Below, piece after piece: positions 24,970 through 38,500 of a DNA stretch of 64,000 nucleotides. Position 1 is the first letter of the stretch, and every line of letters starts with the position of its first letter. Position numbers and translations under genes: made by a program. The notes beneath the pieces were generated by a model that saw only the letters and a program-made list of their open reading frames with translations, was not told where the DNA came from and did not search any database. Origin of the DNA: Eledone cirrhosa (lineage: Eukaryota); contig CAXHJY010001746.1 of the NCBI GenBank assembly GCA_964016885.1, positions 1,503-65,502 of the forward strand, read 5' to 3'.

Positions 24970-25681
24970 AGATGTGTCCCCTTTTCTTTGTCTACTTCAT
25001 CCATGTTCCCTTTTCTCTGTCTACTGCAGCTGTTCCCTTTTCTCTGTCTACTTCATCCATGTCCCCTTTTCTCTGTCTACTTCATCCATGTTCCCTTTTC
25101 TCTGTCTACTTCATCCATGTTCCCTTTTCTCTGTCTACTTCATCCATGTCCCCTTTTCTCTGTCTACTTCATCCATGTTCCCTTTTCTCTGTCTACTGCA
25201 GCTGTTCTTTTTTCTCTGTCTACTTCATCCATGTCCCCTTTTCTCTTTCTACTTCATCCATGTCCCCTTTTCTCTTTCTACTTCATCCACATCCCCTTTT
25301 CTCTGTCTACTTCATCCACGTCCCCTTTCCTCTGTCTACTTCAGCTCTGTCCCTTTTCTGTCTTGACTGTCCACCTTTCTCTGTCTACCCCCACTGTCCC
25401 CTTTTCTCTGTCTCAAATGTGTCCCCTTTTCTATGCTTACTTCAACTGTCGTCACCCTTTCTGTCTCGACTGTGTCCCCCTTTTCTCTGTCTCAGCTGTG
25501 TCCCCATTTCTCTGTCTCAGCTCTGTCCCCATTTTTCTGTCTCAGCTGTGTCCCCTTTTCTCTGCTTACTTCAACTGTCGTCACCCTTTCTGTCTCAACT
25601 GTATCCCCTTTTCTCTGTCTCAGCTGTGTCCCCTTTCCTCCGTCTACTACATCTATCCCCTTTTCTCTGTCTACTCCACAG
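24970..25681 (+). repeat. CT-rich ~29-bp minisatellite filling the intron that splits the SH2 domain
   Basis: Unit ccccttttctctgtctacttcatccatgt and variants. Confidence 0.9.
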
Positions 25682-26635
25682 CACCTCCGGATGACAATTC
25701 AGGATGATGGACAATGCCGAGTACAACATCTTTGGTTTCAGACCATCTTTGACATGTTGGAACACTTCCGCAGCCATCCAATCCCTCTGGAATCTGGTGG
25801 TGCATCGGACGTCACTCTCACCGACTACGTCATCTCGATGGAACGGCCCAGGACACCATCCACCCTTCCAAGGAACTCCCCGCGTCTCATGTCTCACTCC
25901 GGCCGGTCATCGTCCACATCGAATCTTGGTACGAGGAACAATGGCGCGACTTCAGTACAAGCTGGTGTCGCTGTCGTTAATGGGACGAACAGTGGTGGTG
26001 GTGGTGGTGGGGCGGTGGTGGTGGGTAGTAGTAGCAGTGGTGGTGGTGGTGGTATTACTGGGGTGGCGACTAGCATAGTGGTGGCCGGGCCTCAGGGTGG
26101 GGTAAGTAGTAGTAGTATCGGTGTGGTGGGTGGTGGTGGTGGACAGGGGCACCTTGTTGGGGTAATACCAGTCACCCTGGGGGGTGGTGTCGGCGGCGGT
26201 GGTGTTGGGGGTGTGAGCATGGGCAACATAGTACCCGTGGGGGCGGTTGTTGGTGGTGGCATTGGTGGTGTTGTCGCTAGTGCTGTGGTGGGCGGTCTGT
26301 CGGTCGGTGGGGGCGGCGGGGGGGTCGGGGGCGGCGGCGGAGGAGGTGGGATGGTGATAGGTCACATAAACTCGCACCGCGCCGGGATGACCGACAACGG
26401 CAGGGATGTGATAGTGGTGAGCGGCTCGGTGCGTTCTCGGACGGAGTCGATTGAGAACGTCGTCCGGGAGCAGACCCAGGGGGCAGCGGCGGCAGCAGCA
26501 GCTCAACAACAGCAGCAACAACAACAACAACAGCAGCAGCAACTGTTACAACAACAACAGCAACAACAACAACAGCAGCAACAGCAGCAGCAGTCGCATG
26601 GGCGGGCTGTCGAGAACCATTACTCCTTTGTCTAA
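25682..26635 (+). CDS. SH2B: SH2B-family adaptor, last coding exon (SH2 C-terminal half, Gly/Val-rich and poly-Q tail, Cbl-type motif)
   Basis: ctccacAG|CAC; [40 protein letters not shown] completes the SH2 domain. Ends [11 protein letters not shown], similar to the RA(V/I)xNQYS C-terminal motif of SH2B/APS/Lnk. Confidence 0.95.
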   Translation, partial: HLRMTIQDDGQCRVQHLWFQTIFDMLEHFRSHPIPLESGGASDVTLTDYVISMERPRTPSTLPRNSPRLMSHSGRSSSTSNLGTRNNGATSVQAGVAVVNGTNSGGGGGGAVVVGSSSSGGGGGITGVATSIVVAGPQGGVSSSSIGVVGGGGGQGHLVGVIPVTLGGGVGGGGVGGVSMGNIVPVGAVVGGGIGGVVASAVVGGLSVGGGGGGVGGGGGGGGMVIGHINSHRAGMTDNGRDVIVVSGSVRSRTESIENVVREQTQGAAAAAAAQQQQQQQQQQQQQLLQQQQQQQQQQQQQQQSHGRAVENHYSFV

Positions 26636-26664
26636 TGGTGTCGTAACAAGAACAATGGTGGTTG

Positions 26665-27075
26665 TGGGGCAGTGTCACTGTCGGTGGCTCAGTGTCACCA
26701 CTGGTAGCTCAGTGCTGTTGTTGGTGGCTCAGTGTTGCCAACGGTGGCTCAGTGTCGTCGGTGGTGGCTCAGTGTCGCCAGTGGTGGATCAGTGTCGCCA
26801 GTGGTGGATCAGTGTCGCCAGCGGTGGCTCAGTGTCGTCAGTGGTGCCTCAGTGTCGCCAACGGTGGCTCAGTGTCGCCAACAGTGGCTCAGTGTCGCCA
26901 ACAGTGGCTCAGTGTTGTCAACGGTGACCCAGTGCGGCCAGTAGTGGCTCAGTGTCGCCACTAGTGGCTCAGTGTTGTCATTGATGGCTCAGTGTTGCCA
27001 CTGGTGGCTCCGTGTTACCACTGGTGGCACAGTGTTACCACTGGTGGCACAGTGTTACTAATGGTAGCACAGTGC
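26665..27075. repeat. 20-bp minisatellite in the SH2B 3' UTR
   Basis: Unit GGTGGCTCAGTGTCGCCA(A/G)(C/T). Confidence 0.9.
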
Positions 27076-28611
27076 CCCCATTAATGGCACAGTTCTGCCG
27101 CTGCGCTTGGTTGTGTGGTGGTAGATCTTGAGGCCGCGGGTACAGCTTTATATGGCTGGCAACATATACTCTCTCTCAGTGCTTAGGGGTCGAGCAGAAG
27201 TGTTGCTGATGGTGTCGTAACAACAACACCAACAGTGGTGGATCTGGGAACTTTTCAGATGGGGGAGGGGTGAAAGAAAGAAGGTAGGTAGGTACATGTA
27301 AGGTGTATGTAGAGGGAGAACAGGTTTTTGAGCTTAATGTTATAGTAGTATATGACTTTTTACTCTCACTGTGGGGGGGTAGAGTTCTGAGTTCAAATCA
27401 CCCACAAGTCACTTGGTATATCCCCCTTTAAACCCTATTAATCTCTTGGAATAATTCCCCTCCTCCACCCTAATTAGTCTCTGCGTATATATCAGCCCGC
27501 CTCCCCATCGGTCTCTGGGTATACCCCCTCCAATTGGTCTTTTGGTATATATAACCCCTGTTCCCCCATTGGCCTCTAGGTATACGCCCCCCTCTGTCTT
27601 CCAACTAACCACGTTCTACTATATACCTTACTACACACCCCCTATGGTCACCCCATATGTTTATATAATATATACTTTACTACACCCTTCTCCTCTCTCC
27701 GTATGTTTATATAATATATACTCCACTAACCCCTCTCTCTCATCCCCGTGTGTGTATATATAATCTACATTCTATCAACCCCTCTTTCTCGTCTCCATGG
27801 TTTTAAACAGAACCTGGCAGTGGTGACCTCTCTTGAAATAAAAGCCCTAATTTGAGCTGCTGGTTCATAAGTTAAACATCTTATAAGTTATACATAAGTT
27901 GCTTCAGTCTAGTATATAAGGGGTGGGTTTTAAGAAAAAGCCCCTTAATTTCTAAAGGAGTCTTAAGGGCCACTATTGTGATACATGGAGTGTTTTGGGT
28001 ATTTTGAATCTGGCAGAGCCCCTTAATTCCTGAAGGTTTCTTTGGGGCCACTGTCATGACACACTGCGTGTCATGAGTGTTTTGAACCCAGTGCAGCCCC
28101 CTGTCACTCTGGGTCGGATTTCTCGCAGAGAAAGAAAGAAAGCTAGGACGAATCACCCCTAGTAGTTTAAAAGAAAGGGCATTTAACTCCCACTGGACCC
28201 ATTTAAGGGAGAGGCTCATTATCGTGACATATGGTGAGTCTTATGCATTTTAAACCTGGCAGAGTCCATCCCTCCCTGGGGTTGGAACATGGCTGATTTC
28301 TTCCAGAGAGAGAGAAGGAATCAATTCCAGTGCTAAAAAGACTTTTTAACTCTTGAGGGAGTCACAAGGTTTACTATCATTATAGGGTGTGTCTTGGGCA
28401 TTTTAAACTTGGCAGAGCCCATCACCTCTCCTTATCTGAAGACAGCTAATTTTATCCAGAGAAAGAGATAGAGGATGAAGAAGGGATAACATTTAAAACA
28501 TAGATACCTTATTAAGGTCATATATATGTATCCTTCACAAAACATGAATACATTTCACCAATAGTAATAATAAATATGAAGACCAAAATCTGAAGAGGGT
28601 TCGATAAGGAT

Positions 28612-28647
<36 letters not shown>

Positions 28648-28651
<4 letters not shown>

Positions 28652-28857
28652 ATGTATAATAGACAATACAGTATAATTACCTCATTACCAGAGGTTTCCC
28701 GAATAAGACGAACACAAGAAACGTCCGCATTCGTTCATCAGACAATGCAAGTAATTGCCTTGTCTGATGAACTAATGTGGACGTTTCTTGTATTCGTCTT
28801 ATTCGGGAAACCTCTGGTAATGAGGTAATTATACTGTATGGTTTATTATACATTAAA
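28648..28857. repeat. DNA palindrome, ~103-bp arms, 4-nt spacer
   Basis: 28648-28750 versus 28755-28857 with a few mismatches; starts at a (TA)n tract. Confidence 0.92.
28751..28832 (+). ncRNA. Type I hammerhead ribozyme with 13-bp stem I; mirror copy on - strand
   Basis: GTAATTGCCTTGT pairs with ATGAGGTAATTAT (including G-U pairs); CTGATGA at 28764-28770, stem II, GAAA at 28807-28810, stem III ACC-tct-GGT, triplet GUA. Confidence 0.78.
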
Positions 28858-28934
28858 ATATTTAGCTCTGTAACTTACATAGAGCACTCTTCATTCCTCT
28901 GACTTTTTCAATTTTCAATGGAAACTTCAATACT

Positions 28935-28979
<45 letters not shown>

Positions 28980-29107
28980 TTTACCTGTTCCAGCCATCCG
29001 GCTGAGGCCATGTTAAACAGGTAGAGTAAATATTTTTTAGTGTTTCAGAAGATGGTATAATAGGGTGAAAGCAGAAATTCTTTGCTTGAACTTTAATCTG
29101 TACTACT

Positions 29108-29216
<109 letters not shown>

Positions 29217-30246
29217 ATAAAAAATCACTCCCAATACTGAATTGAAATTATATTTAATGTCCTTGAAAATAAATAAAAAGCTAAGTTGACTGTGGTGGGA
29301 TTTGAACTCAGAATCTAATGGACCAGAATACTGAGGTATCTAGTCCAGCGTCATAGTGGCTCTGCCAATTCCCAGTTTATATAACAGTTGAATTCCTCAA
29401 CAGAAGTTAAAGATATGTTTATGTGTAGTTAACCTTTCATTCTGTCTATATCTTACACCCTTTTTCCTCAACCCAGGGGCTGATTAGGCTTACATGGGGC
29501 TGGACCCTGGCTAAAATTTCCATTTTAGTCTTTAAACATTGTGTCGGTCTTCCTTGAAAATTTTACCGAGGCTCATTAAATATTGTGACCCCTGCTTAGA
29601 AGGGGCCCTTCATGAAATTTTTATCTGAGCTTTTTAAATATGTTAGGGTGGTCGGGTGGGGTCAGAGCAATAATACTAATGTTAGGGTGGTGGTTGTGGT
29701 GGGGGTCGTAGAAATATTACTATTAGGGTGGTGGTGGGGTTGTAGCAATAATAGTAATGTTAGGGTGGTGGTGGTGGGGGGGTCATAGCAATAGTAATGT
29801 TAGGGTGATGAGGGGATTGTATCAATAATACTAATGTTAGGGTGGTGGTGGGGTCGTAATGTAAGGTGCAAAGTTTAGGGGCTACTCCCCGCCATGTGTT
29901 TCATATCTCTTCTAACTCCTTGTCAACCCTCGACTAAGCCAAGGGCCATCATTACTTGTTACCTCGTCAGTTGTTTCTGTTACATATTGCTGTTGTTGTT
30001 GGTGGTGACTGGTTTACTGCGGGGGTGGGTAGGGTGGGGTTGGTGTGGGGGAGGGCAGTGCAGTACCTTTTTTTTTTTCTTTCTACAACTTCACTCTATA
30101 GGGAAGCTGTATTGGCCTAGTGGTAAGGGTATTGAACCCACGACCCTAAGGTCATGGGTTCAATACCTGGACCGGGCAGCCTGCTGTATTCTTGAGCAAG
30201 ACTTCATTTCATGCTGCTTTTCACAATAAGACTGGGTCCCCTGTCA

Positions 30247-30672
30247 TTAACCCTTTAGCATTTACATTACTCTATATTTACTATTTATTTTCATGGTAAA
30301 GGCTTTACATCACATAATATCTCACATAATATCAAATCTATGAGATTTTGATATTTATTTTGAGAACAATACTTTAACATCAGTATGAGTGGCCAGTTAG
30401 AGCCGGTTTGAATAGAAAGAGGTGAGAGAATTCTGGCCGGATACAGGTGGTTTAAATGCTAAAGGGTTAGCCCTTTAGCATTTACATTACTCTATATTTA
30501 CTATTATATTTTCAGGGTAAAGGCTTTACTTCACATAATATCGAATCTATGAGATTTTGATATTATTTATTTTTAGAACACTACCTTCACATAAGTATGA
30601 GTGGCCAGTTATGACCAGTTTGAAGAGAAAGAGGTGAAAGAATTCTGGCCAGTTTAAACGCTAAAGGGTTAA
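30247..30672. mobile_element. Two tandem piggyBac-like MITEs
   Basis: TTAA-CCCTTTAGCATTTA...TAAATGCTAAAGGG-TTAG-CCCTTTAGCATTTA...AAACGCTAAAGGG-TTAA; CCC/GGG TIR ends with TTAA target sites. Other copies at 32624-33054 (tandem pair) and 8470-8607 (partial). Confidence 0.78.
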
Positions 30673-31809
30673 ATCATCCAAGAAACTCCTATGAAATATA
30701 ACTTCATAGGGGACCCAGCTCAACCTACATAGGTGTCCCAGCTCAACCTACATAGGTGTCAGCTGTAACAACATGATAGGACCAGAATGGAGATCGCTAT
30801 ATATTGCTGCTGGTGGTGGTGGTGGTGGTGACTGGTTTATGGGGCTGGGTTAAGGTTACTGTTCTGTGCAGGGTGTGTGGTACAGTCCTTTTTTTTTTTT
30901 TTTTACCATTTTGCTCCTATTGGTTCACACACACACACTATTACTACTACTATTACTACAACTACTGTTGCTGCTGCTACTACTACTATTACTACTACTA
31001 TTACTACTACTACTACCTCTTATGGGTACTTATTTGGTGGGGTGGTGTTGTGTTTTTTTGTTCTATTCAGGATAATGTGAGGTGGAAGTTTTGGGGGGGA
31101 GGGGTTCTACTGCTGTGACCACCACTTATTATTAAACCCTTATCTCTAAAATCTCCCTATTGCCACCATGTTGGCTGGTGGGCCCCAAACAACCAAACCC
31201 TCCATAGGATTAACGGTGGGGATGCTGCATTTTTTTTCATTTTTTTTTCTACTTTTTAAAAAATATCTATAAGCTAACCCACCCCTTTTCTAGTCAACCT
31301 AACCCTTTTTGTTAAATGTTGACCACTTCCACTGCTTCTGTTTAAGTTTTACTTTTAAGGCTAAGGGGTCGGGATAGGGTTCTAGGTGTGGAGGGGTGGT
31401 CTTTTACAATCACTCCCTATTTTACCCCCCTCTCTCTTCTACCCCCTCCCTATACCCCTTGTCCTGCCCTATTGTTGTCTCTGTTGAGGGGGGGGGGGTC
31501 CTTGGGGAGTTTAAGGGATCATTTAAGGATCTACTTTCTATGTTTACAGTTTTACACCCTTATTTTTTAAAATTCTTTTTACTTTTTTCTCCTCTGAAAC
31601 TTTTATGTATGTGTGTGTGTATATGTATATATATATACACACACACATGTGTGTATTTATATATGAATACACACATGTTTGTGTCTATATATATGTATGT
31701 ATTATATATATTTGTACATATATTATATATGCATATGTTTGTGTAGGTATGCGTGTGTGTATATATATATATATATATATGCATGCATGTGTGTGAATGT
31801 ACATATATA

Positions 31810-31852
<43 letters not shown>

Positions 31853-33509
31853 ATATATATATATATTTGTATATACACATATATACATATATATATACAT
31901 ATATATATATATACACATACATATATATATACATATATATATGAATATATATATGTATATATGTATATATGTATATGTGTATATATGTATATATATATAT
32001 ATGTATATATGTATATATATATATATACATATATCTGTAAGAGATGACCAGTTAAGGCTCTGTCCTACCTCTAGTCTTTCTTCAATTTCTTTCATTCGTT
32101 CTTCCATGAAGAATCTTTATTCCTTCTCCTCTCCTCTCATGTCTACCCACCTCTATTGTTTCTCTCCAACAAAGGTATTGCTGCATCTTTTTGTTGCAGT
32201 TGCATGAGTTTCTTGCACCTCACTGTGGCAGCTGTGGCCATGTAGGAGCTGCTGTTTTACACTTAAACCGTGGCTCTGTTTAACCTTTAACATGCTGTCA
32301 GTGACAGGAGAGTAACCTCCCCTTAATACATAATGTTGTATCAAGGAAAGTGATTCAAAAGAAAAATTATGCATGCTGAACGTTAATAACCCAGCCACCT
32401 GGTCCTTGGGCGCTTTATAAGTGTCCTTTCTCTGTTGCGAGCATTCAGGTGAGGCCTTTGGCATAAGAACAAAAAGTCCCCTGATCCCTTTTTGCCAGTC
32501 TTGGATGGCCTGGAAAATATAAATCCTAAACTTTGATGACTTATGTGTATGTTAGAAATGATTATTAATTCTGGTTGTTACTATTGTTAAAAGTGGTGGA
32601 TGGACACGAGCATGGTTGTTGAATTAACTCTTTAGTATTTACATTACTCTATATTTACTATAATATAATCATGGTAAAGGTTTTACTTCACATAATTATC
32701 TCACATGATATCGAATCTATGAGATTTTGATATTTGTTTTGAGAATAATAACTTAACATAAGTATGATTGGCCGATTACGACCGTTTTGTGCAGAAAGAG
32801 GTGAGAAAATTCTGGCCGGTTATGTCCGGTTTTATCCTTTAGCATTTACATTATTCTATATATTATATATACTATTGTATTTTCACGGTAAAGGCTTTAC
32901 CTTTCATAATTATCTCACATAATATCGAATCTATGAGATATTGATGTTATTTATTTTAAGAACAATATCTTAATGATGGTATGAGCAGCCAGTTTGAACA
33001 GAGAGGTGAGAGAATTCTGGCCAGATATGGCTAGTTTAAATACTAAAGGGTTAGATATACTTAACAGTATTATGTGTGAACAGTAATTGAAATATATACC
33101 AGTCATGTAATGGTGTGAAGTCAATTGACTACAGCCTCTCTACAAATCTCTGGTTTTGTGCCAATGTGAAAATAAAATGATGTTATTGCTGCTGCTGCTA
33201 CTGGCAAGTAAAATATTTATATTAACCTGTTTTGCTGACTGAATCTTTCCTTGCCATTCCCTCCTCCTCATCTAAACATCTTCAAGGTTTAACTCTTAAC
33301 ATCCTGTACCCCATAAAACCACATTAGCAAGACATTCTTGAAAAATATTAAACAACTCTGACTGCATCGCATTTGAAATTAAATATTCTTCTTCTTCTCA
33401 GTCTGTGTTCAAATCCTGTCAAGGTTAACTTTGCCTTTCATCCAAATAAAGTACCAGTAATGCACTGGAATAATTGCTGGCCTTGTGCTAATAGTAAAAA
33501 CAATTATTA

Positions 33510-33835
33510 TTCCCCTTATTCCTGAGAGGGCCGTGGGGTCAGAGTCCTGAACACTCCCTCCAGCAGGTTCTGTCAGTAGCAACCATCTCCAACTGATCCA
33601 GCTGGATCCCCAAGTGAGACCAATCAAGCTCATGGATGTTATCCAACCATCTTGCTCAGGGTCTACCCCTGGGTCTCCTACCAGTTGGTTTTGCCTGTAA
33701 AAATCTGTCCAGTGATTCTTTCCTGAGACATTCTAACCACATGTCCATAGTATCAGAGCTGTGATCTCTCATTTCAGAGAAGTAGCAGCTCTACCTGGAG
33801 TGACTCTCTCATCTCTCAGCTATTCACACTATCAT
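33510..33835 (-). mobile_element. Degraded RTE LINE 3' fragment
   Basis: The - strand encodes ...RYYGHVVRMSQERI..., the RTE RT C-terminal motif, with stops and frameshifts. Confidence 0.55.
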
Positions 33836-36019
33836 CTTTACTTTAATACTTTTTTCACAACCATCTGACCACAAGTAAAGATACTGTGAACATTTGAATT
33901 AATAAACCTATCATTACAGGATGCTAAGAGTTAATATCTAAATTAAAACAAACCTTGTTACTGCTGTCAGTAGTGAAGGCTTTGACTTAGTGGTTATGTG
34001 ATAACATGAGTTCAATTTCTGGACTGGCAGTGTATTGTGTTCTTGAACAAGAGACTTCATTTCATGATGACTGCAGTTCTATCAGCTGTAAAAATAATTA
34101 GTACCAAAAATAGATGGGAGTGTTAACCTCTGTAATGGGAGTGTTAACCTCTGTAATGGGAGTGTTAAACCCTGTAATGGGAGTGTTAACCTCTGTAATG
34201 GGAGTGTTAAACCCTGTAATGGGAGTGTTAAACCCTGTAATGGGAGTGTTAAACCCTGTAATGGGAGTGTTAACCCCTGTAATGCGCTGGTGTCCAATTC
34301 AGTTCAGTTAAAGAGGCGAGCTTTCATGATAGGGTTGGAGCCCCTACCATTAAAACACGAGAACCCTCCTATGAGATACAACCTTGTAGGAGGCCAGCTA
34401 ACCTTACATAGGTGTGAGCTGTAACAACAACATGAAAGAACTCCCCCCCCCCCCCTATCATTAAAATACCCAAGAACCATCCTATGTGATTCAACCTTGT
34501 AGAAGGTTAACTAAACCTACATAGGTGTGAGTTGTAATAACATGATAAAAGTGGGGCCCCTTTTAAAACACCTGAGAAACCTCCTATAAAATACAACCCC
34601 ATAGGAGACGAACTACGCCTACAGAGGTGTGAGCTGTAACAACATCAACTATCACTACCTCCATTATTTTCTAAGGTTAACTTAGCCTTTCATCCTTACG
34701 GGGGTTGATAAAATAAAGTACCAATAACGTACTGGGGTCGATTTAATCGACTTTCCCTCCCCAAAATTGTTGGCCTTGTGCCTAAATCAGAGACCATTAT
34801 TTTCTAGGGTTATTTTCATTGTTAAAATGTTTAAGTGGCTAAGGCAGCCCTTCTAAGTTCTATTACCTGGTGGTATTTTTGTTTCCTCGAGGTCACATAT
34901 TTTATTTTTAATTTTTTTGTTACTCTCAGATTTTATTAAGCTCTGTTGAAATAAGGCACCACTATCCCTCATACATAAAATGTTACCTGTGATAGACTAT
35001 CATTCTTTCCATGGGTAGGTTTATCTCTCATCTGCTCAGTACTACAGAAACAGCCGTTGAGAGCATTAACCCTAATGGCACAAGATACCTTCTGTTCCCA
35101 GCGAAGTATAGCGAAGGGGCCAACATTAAAATAGCCATTCCAAATGGCGGGGGTTAGTCCTGCTGGTGGCCATTTCTGGGGTCAGTTGTTGATATTAACT
35201 CACCCGAAATTATCTCTGGTTCTATGAAACAAAACAACCCATTTTAGAGGGTTCCTATTTAAATTAATCCCCTTAAGGGCTGTTTCGTTTAATTTATGAT
35301 AGGGTTGGCTTCATTAATGGCCCTTTCTTGTATATTATGATAGGGTTCATATCTTTCATGTCCCCTTTTTGTATGTTATGAAAGGGTTCACATTAATGTC
35401 CCCTTCTTGTATATTATGATAGGGTTCACATCTGAAATGTCCCCTTCTTGTATGTTATGAAAGGGTTCACATCTGAAATGTCCCCTTGTATGTTATGAAA
35501 GGGTTCACATCTTTAATGTTCCCTTGTATGTTATGAAAGGGTTCACGCCATTAATGTCCCCTTTTTTGTTTGTTTTATATATTCTTTATTTTATGTACAA
35601 TGTGTTGTTGTCCATTTCCAATCATTCTTAAATTCTTCGTCCATACTTTCCTTGTCACCCCACCCCCTTACCGTACCCTGTTTTTGCTGCTGATCCTCCC
35701 TCCCTCCAGCCCTTGCCTGCCAATGTTCTCCCCCCAACACTCGGGCTCTACCTTGCTGATACTGGCCTTTCCCTGCCGAGTCTCTTCCCTTGCTGATACT
35801 CTGCCCTTAGTCCTTCCCTGCTGATCCTGTCTTCACAAAAGACCCTTCCTTACTTTATATCAATGCAGTCTTCCACCTCTTCTTCTTCTTTGAAGAAATT
35901 GTTAATCAAATATTATTCCCCGAACCTTTTTTTCTTCCTCATCTTTTAAATATAAAAATCATCTGATGCTTCCGATTGTAGTTATTTGTGAATCATAGCC
36001 AACACAGCTTGTCATTGTC

Positions 36020-36550
36020 TGACCAGCACATCTGATTGTCTTGTGTCTGGTCAACACATCTGGATCTCTTGTGTCTGGTCAACACATCTGGTTGTCTTGT
36101 GTCTGGTCAACACATCTGGATCTCTTGTGTCTGGTCAACACATCTGTTATGTCTGGTCAACACATCTGTTATGTCTGCTCAACACATCTGTTATGTCTGC
36201 TCAACACATCTGTTATGTCTGCTCAACACATCTGTTATGTCTGCTCAACACATTTGTTATGTCTGCTCAACACATTTGTTATGTCTGCTCAACACATTTG
36301 TTATGTCTGCTCAACACATTTGTTATGTCTGCTCAACACATTTGTTATGTCTGCTCAACACATTTGTTATGTCTGCTCAACACATTTGTTATGTCTGCTC
36401 AACACATTTGTTATGTCTGCTCAACACATTTGTTATGTCTGCTCAACACATTTGTTATGTCTGCTCAACACATCTGTTATGTCTGATCAACACATCTGTT
36501 TGATGTCCGATCAACTCACCTTTAAAGTGTCTGATCAACACATCTGTTGT
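36020..36550. repeat. 22-bp minisatellite
   Basis: Unit TGTCTGCTCAACACATTTGTTA. Smaller minisatellites also at 34114-34284 (21 bp) and 35295-35565 (~40 bp). Confidence 0.92.
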
Positions 36551-37381
36551 GTTTTCAATCAATATTTAGTTGTCTGTTATCAGTTCTATTAAACACAAAC
36601 CCACAGTTATTACATCTCCGGCCAAAGGTTTCATCTTCTTCCATAGATATTATATTTTTCACCATTTACAAGGAATCATTTCTGTTATTGTTCATTTTTG
36701 TTCATGTTGAGGTTAGAGTTTAAACTTTATTTTTATTATCATCATTATTATTATTATTATTATAAAATACCAGTAATGCACTGGGTTTGATTTAATCGAC
36801 TTTCCCTTCCCCTAAAATTGTTGGCCTGAATCAGAAACCATTATTCGATAAAATAAAGTACCAGTAATACACTGGAGTTGATAAAATAAAATACCAGTAA
36901 TGCACTGGGGTTGATTTAATGCCTAAATCAAAAACCATCATCATCATCATCATCAGTATTAATTTTTGCCTTTAAATTGTTACTCATTGCCTTCAAATCA
37001 TGCTTGCTCTCACTCCAGGCACCAACCCTCCACCCAGACTGCGTTTCAGAAGCCGCTCTCCCTCCTACTTCAACCATACCACCCTCTCTCTCACAGCCCT
37101 ACCCTCTCTCTCTCTTTCTCTCTCTCTCTCTGTGCCATATCCCCTGGGTCAAGGGTTAATTTGAAAACACTTCTTACAGTTAACTGTTAACTAATTTGGG
37201 TGAGAGGGGTTGGGTTTTTAGGGGCTGGGTGGGGGGTGGGGTTTTTTTTTCTTCTTTTTTTTTCCTTATAGGAATAATCAGTACTTTACTTCGCGTATAT
37301 GTGTATATATATATATATGTATCTATATATATATATGTACATATGTATCTATATAAATGTATATATATATCTACCTATATA

Positions 37382-37427
<46 letters not shown>

Positions 37428-37538
37428 ACATATACACACACACACACACACTCACTCATATATGTATATGCATGTGTGAATGTGTGTGTATATATATTTG
37501 TAAAATCACACACGTGTGTGTGTGTATATATGTATATA

Positions 37539-37583
<45 letters not shown>

Positions 37584-38458
37584 GTATATGTATATATATA
37601 TGTATATGTATATATATGTATGTGTATATATATATATATATATAGTACATACAAAAGACAAACAAAATTTAAATGAAAGTATTAAAAAAAGCAATTTTCT
37701 TTTTCCATGAAAAGAAATTTTAATTAATTTTTTTTTTTTTTTTTCAAAACCTATCATTCATATAAAAATATACAAACTTTGCGATAAAACAAAAACCCTT
37801 TAAAAAAAATCTTGAGGAATATTCAGCATTTTGGAGGGGGTGGGGTTGCGAAAAAGAAAAAAAACGCACTTTAAAAAATTGAACAAATACTAAGAAAATG
37901 TGGTGGAGGTTGGGTGGGGGCGAAGGGGTCTGGGAAATTTGAAGAAAAAAATTTTCTGAAAAAGAAATATTTAAATTATTTCTTGAAAAAAAAAAATTTT
38001 AAAATACCTTTCAAAAAAACACCTGAAAAGATAGTTGTTTTTTTTTTTTTTTTTTCATTATTATTTTTTTTTGGTTGCTGGAATCTAAGTAAGTTGGAAG
38101 TGAATGGAGGGGGGTGGAGTAAAAACTGGAGGACGGTGGGGTGGGGGTTAAAAATGATAGGGGGCAGGGCAGGTGGTGGAAAAAAAAGTGAAGGGAAGAG
38201 AAAATGTTTCTTTTTTTTTGTTTATTTTCATTATTATTATTATTATTGTTGTTGTTATTTTTTCTACTAAACTTAAAAAATAAACAAACAAAACCACCAA
38301 ATAATATACATCCATAAAATAACATATATATATATATACATACATGCATATATATACATATATATACACACATACATATGGAAATTGCATTTTTTTTATA
38401 AAATAAAAAATGGAAAAAAGTTTATAAATAATGAATAAATATATATATAACAAAAATA

Positions 38459-38500
<42 letters not shown>

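Noticed and set aside
32040-32520. Non-repetitive - strand ORF fragments (103 aa)
   Set aside because: No recognisable domain and broken frames; more likely an old TE fragment than a host exon.
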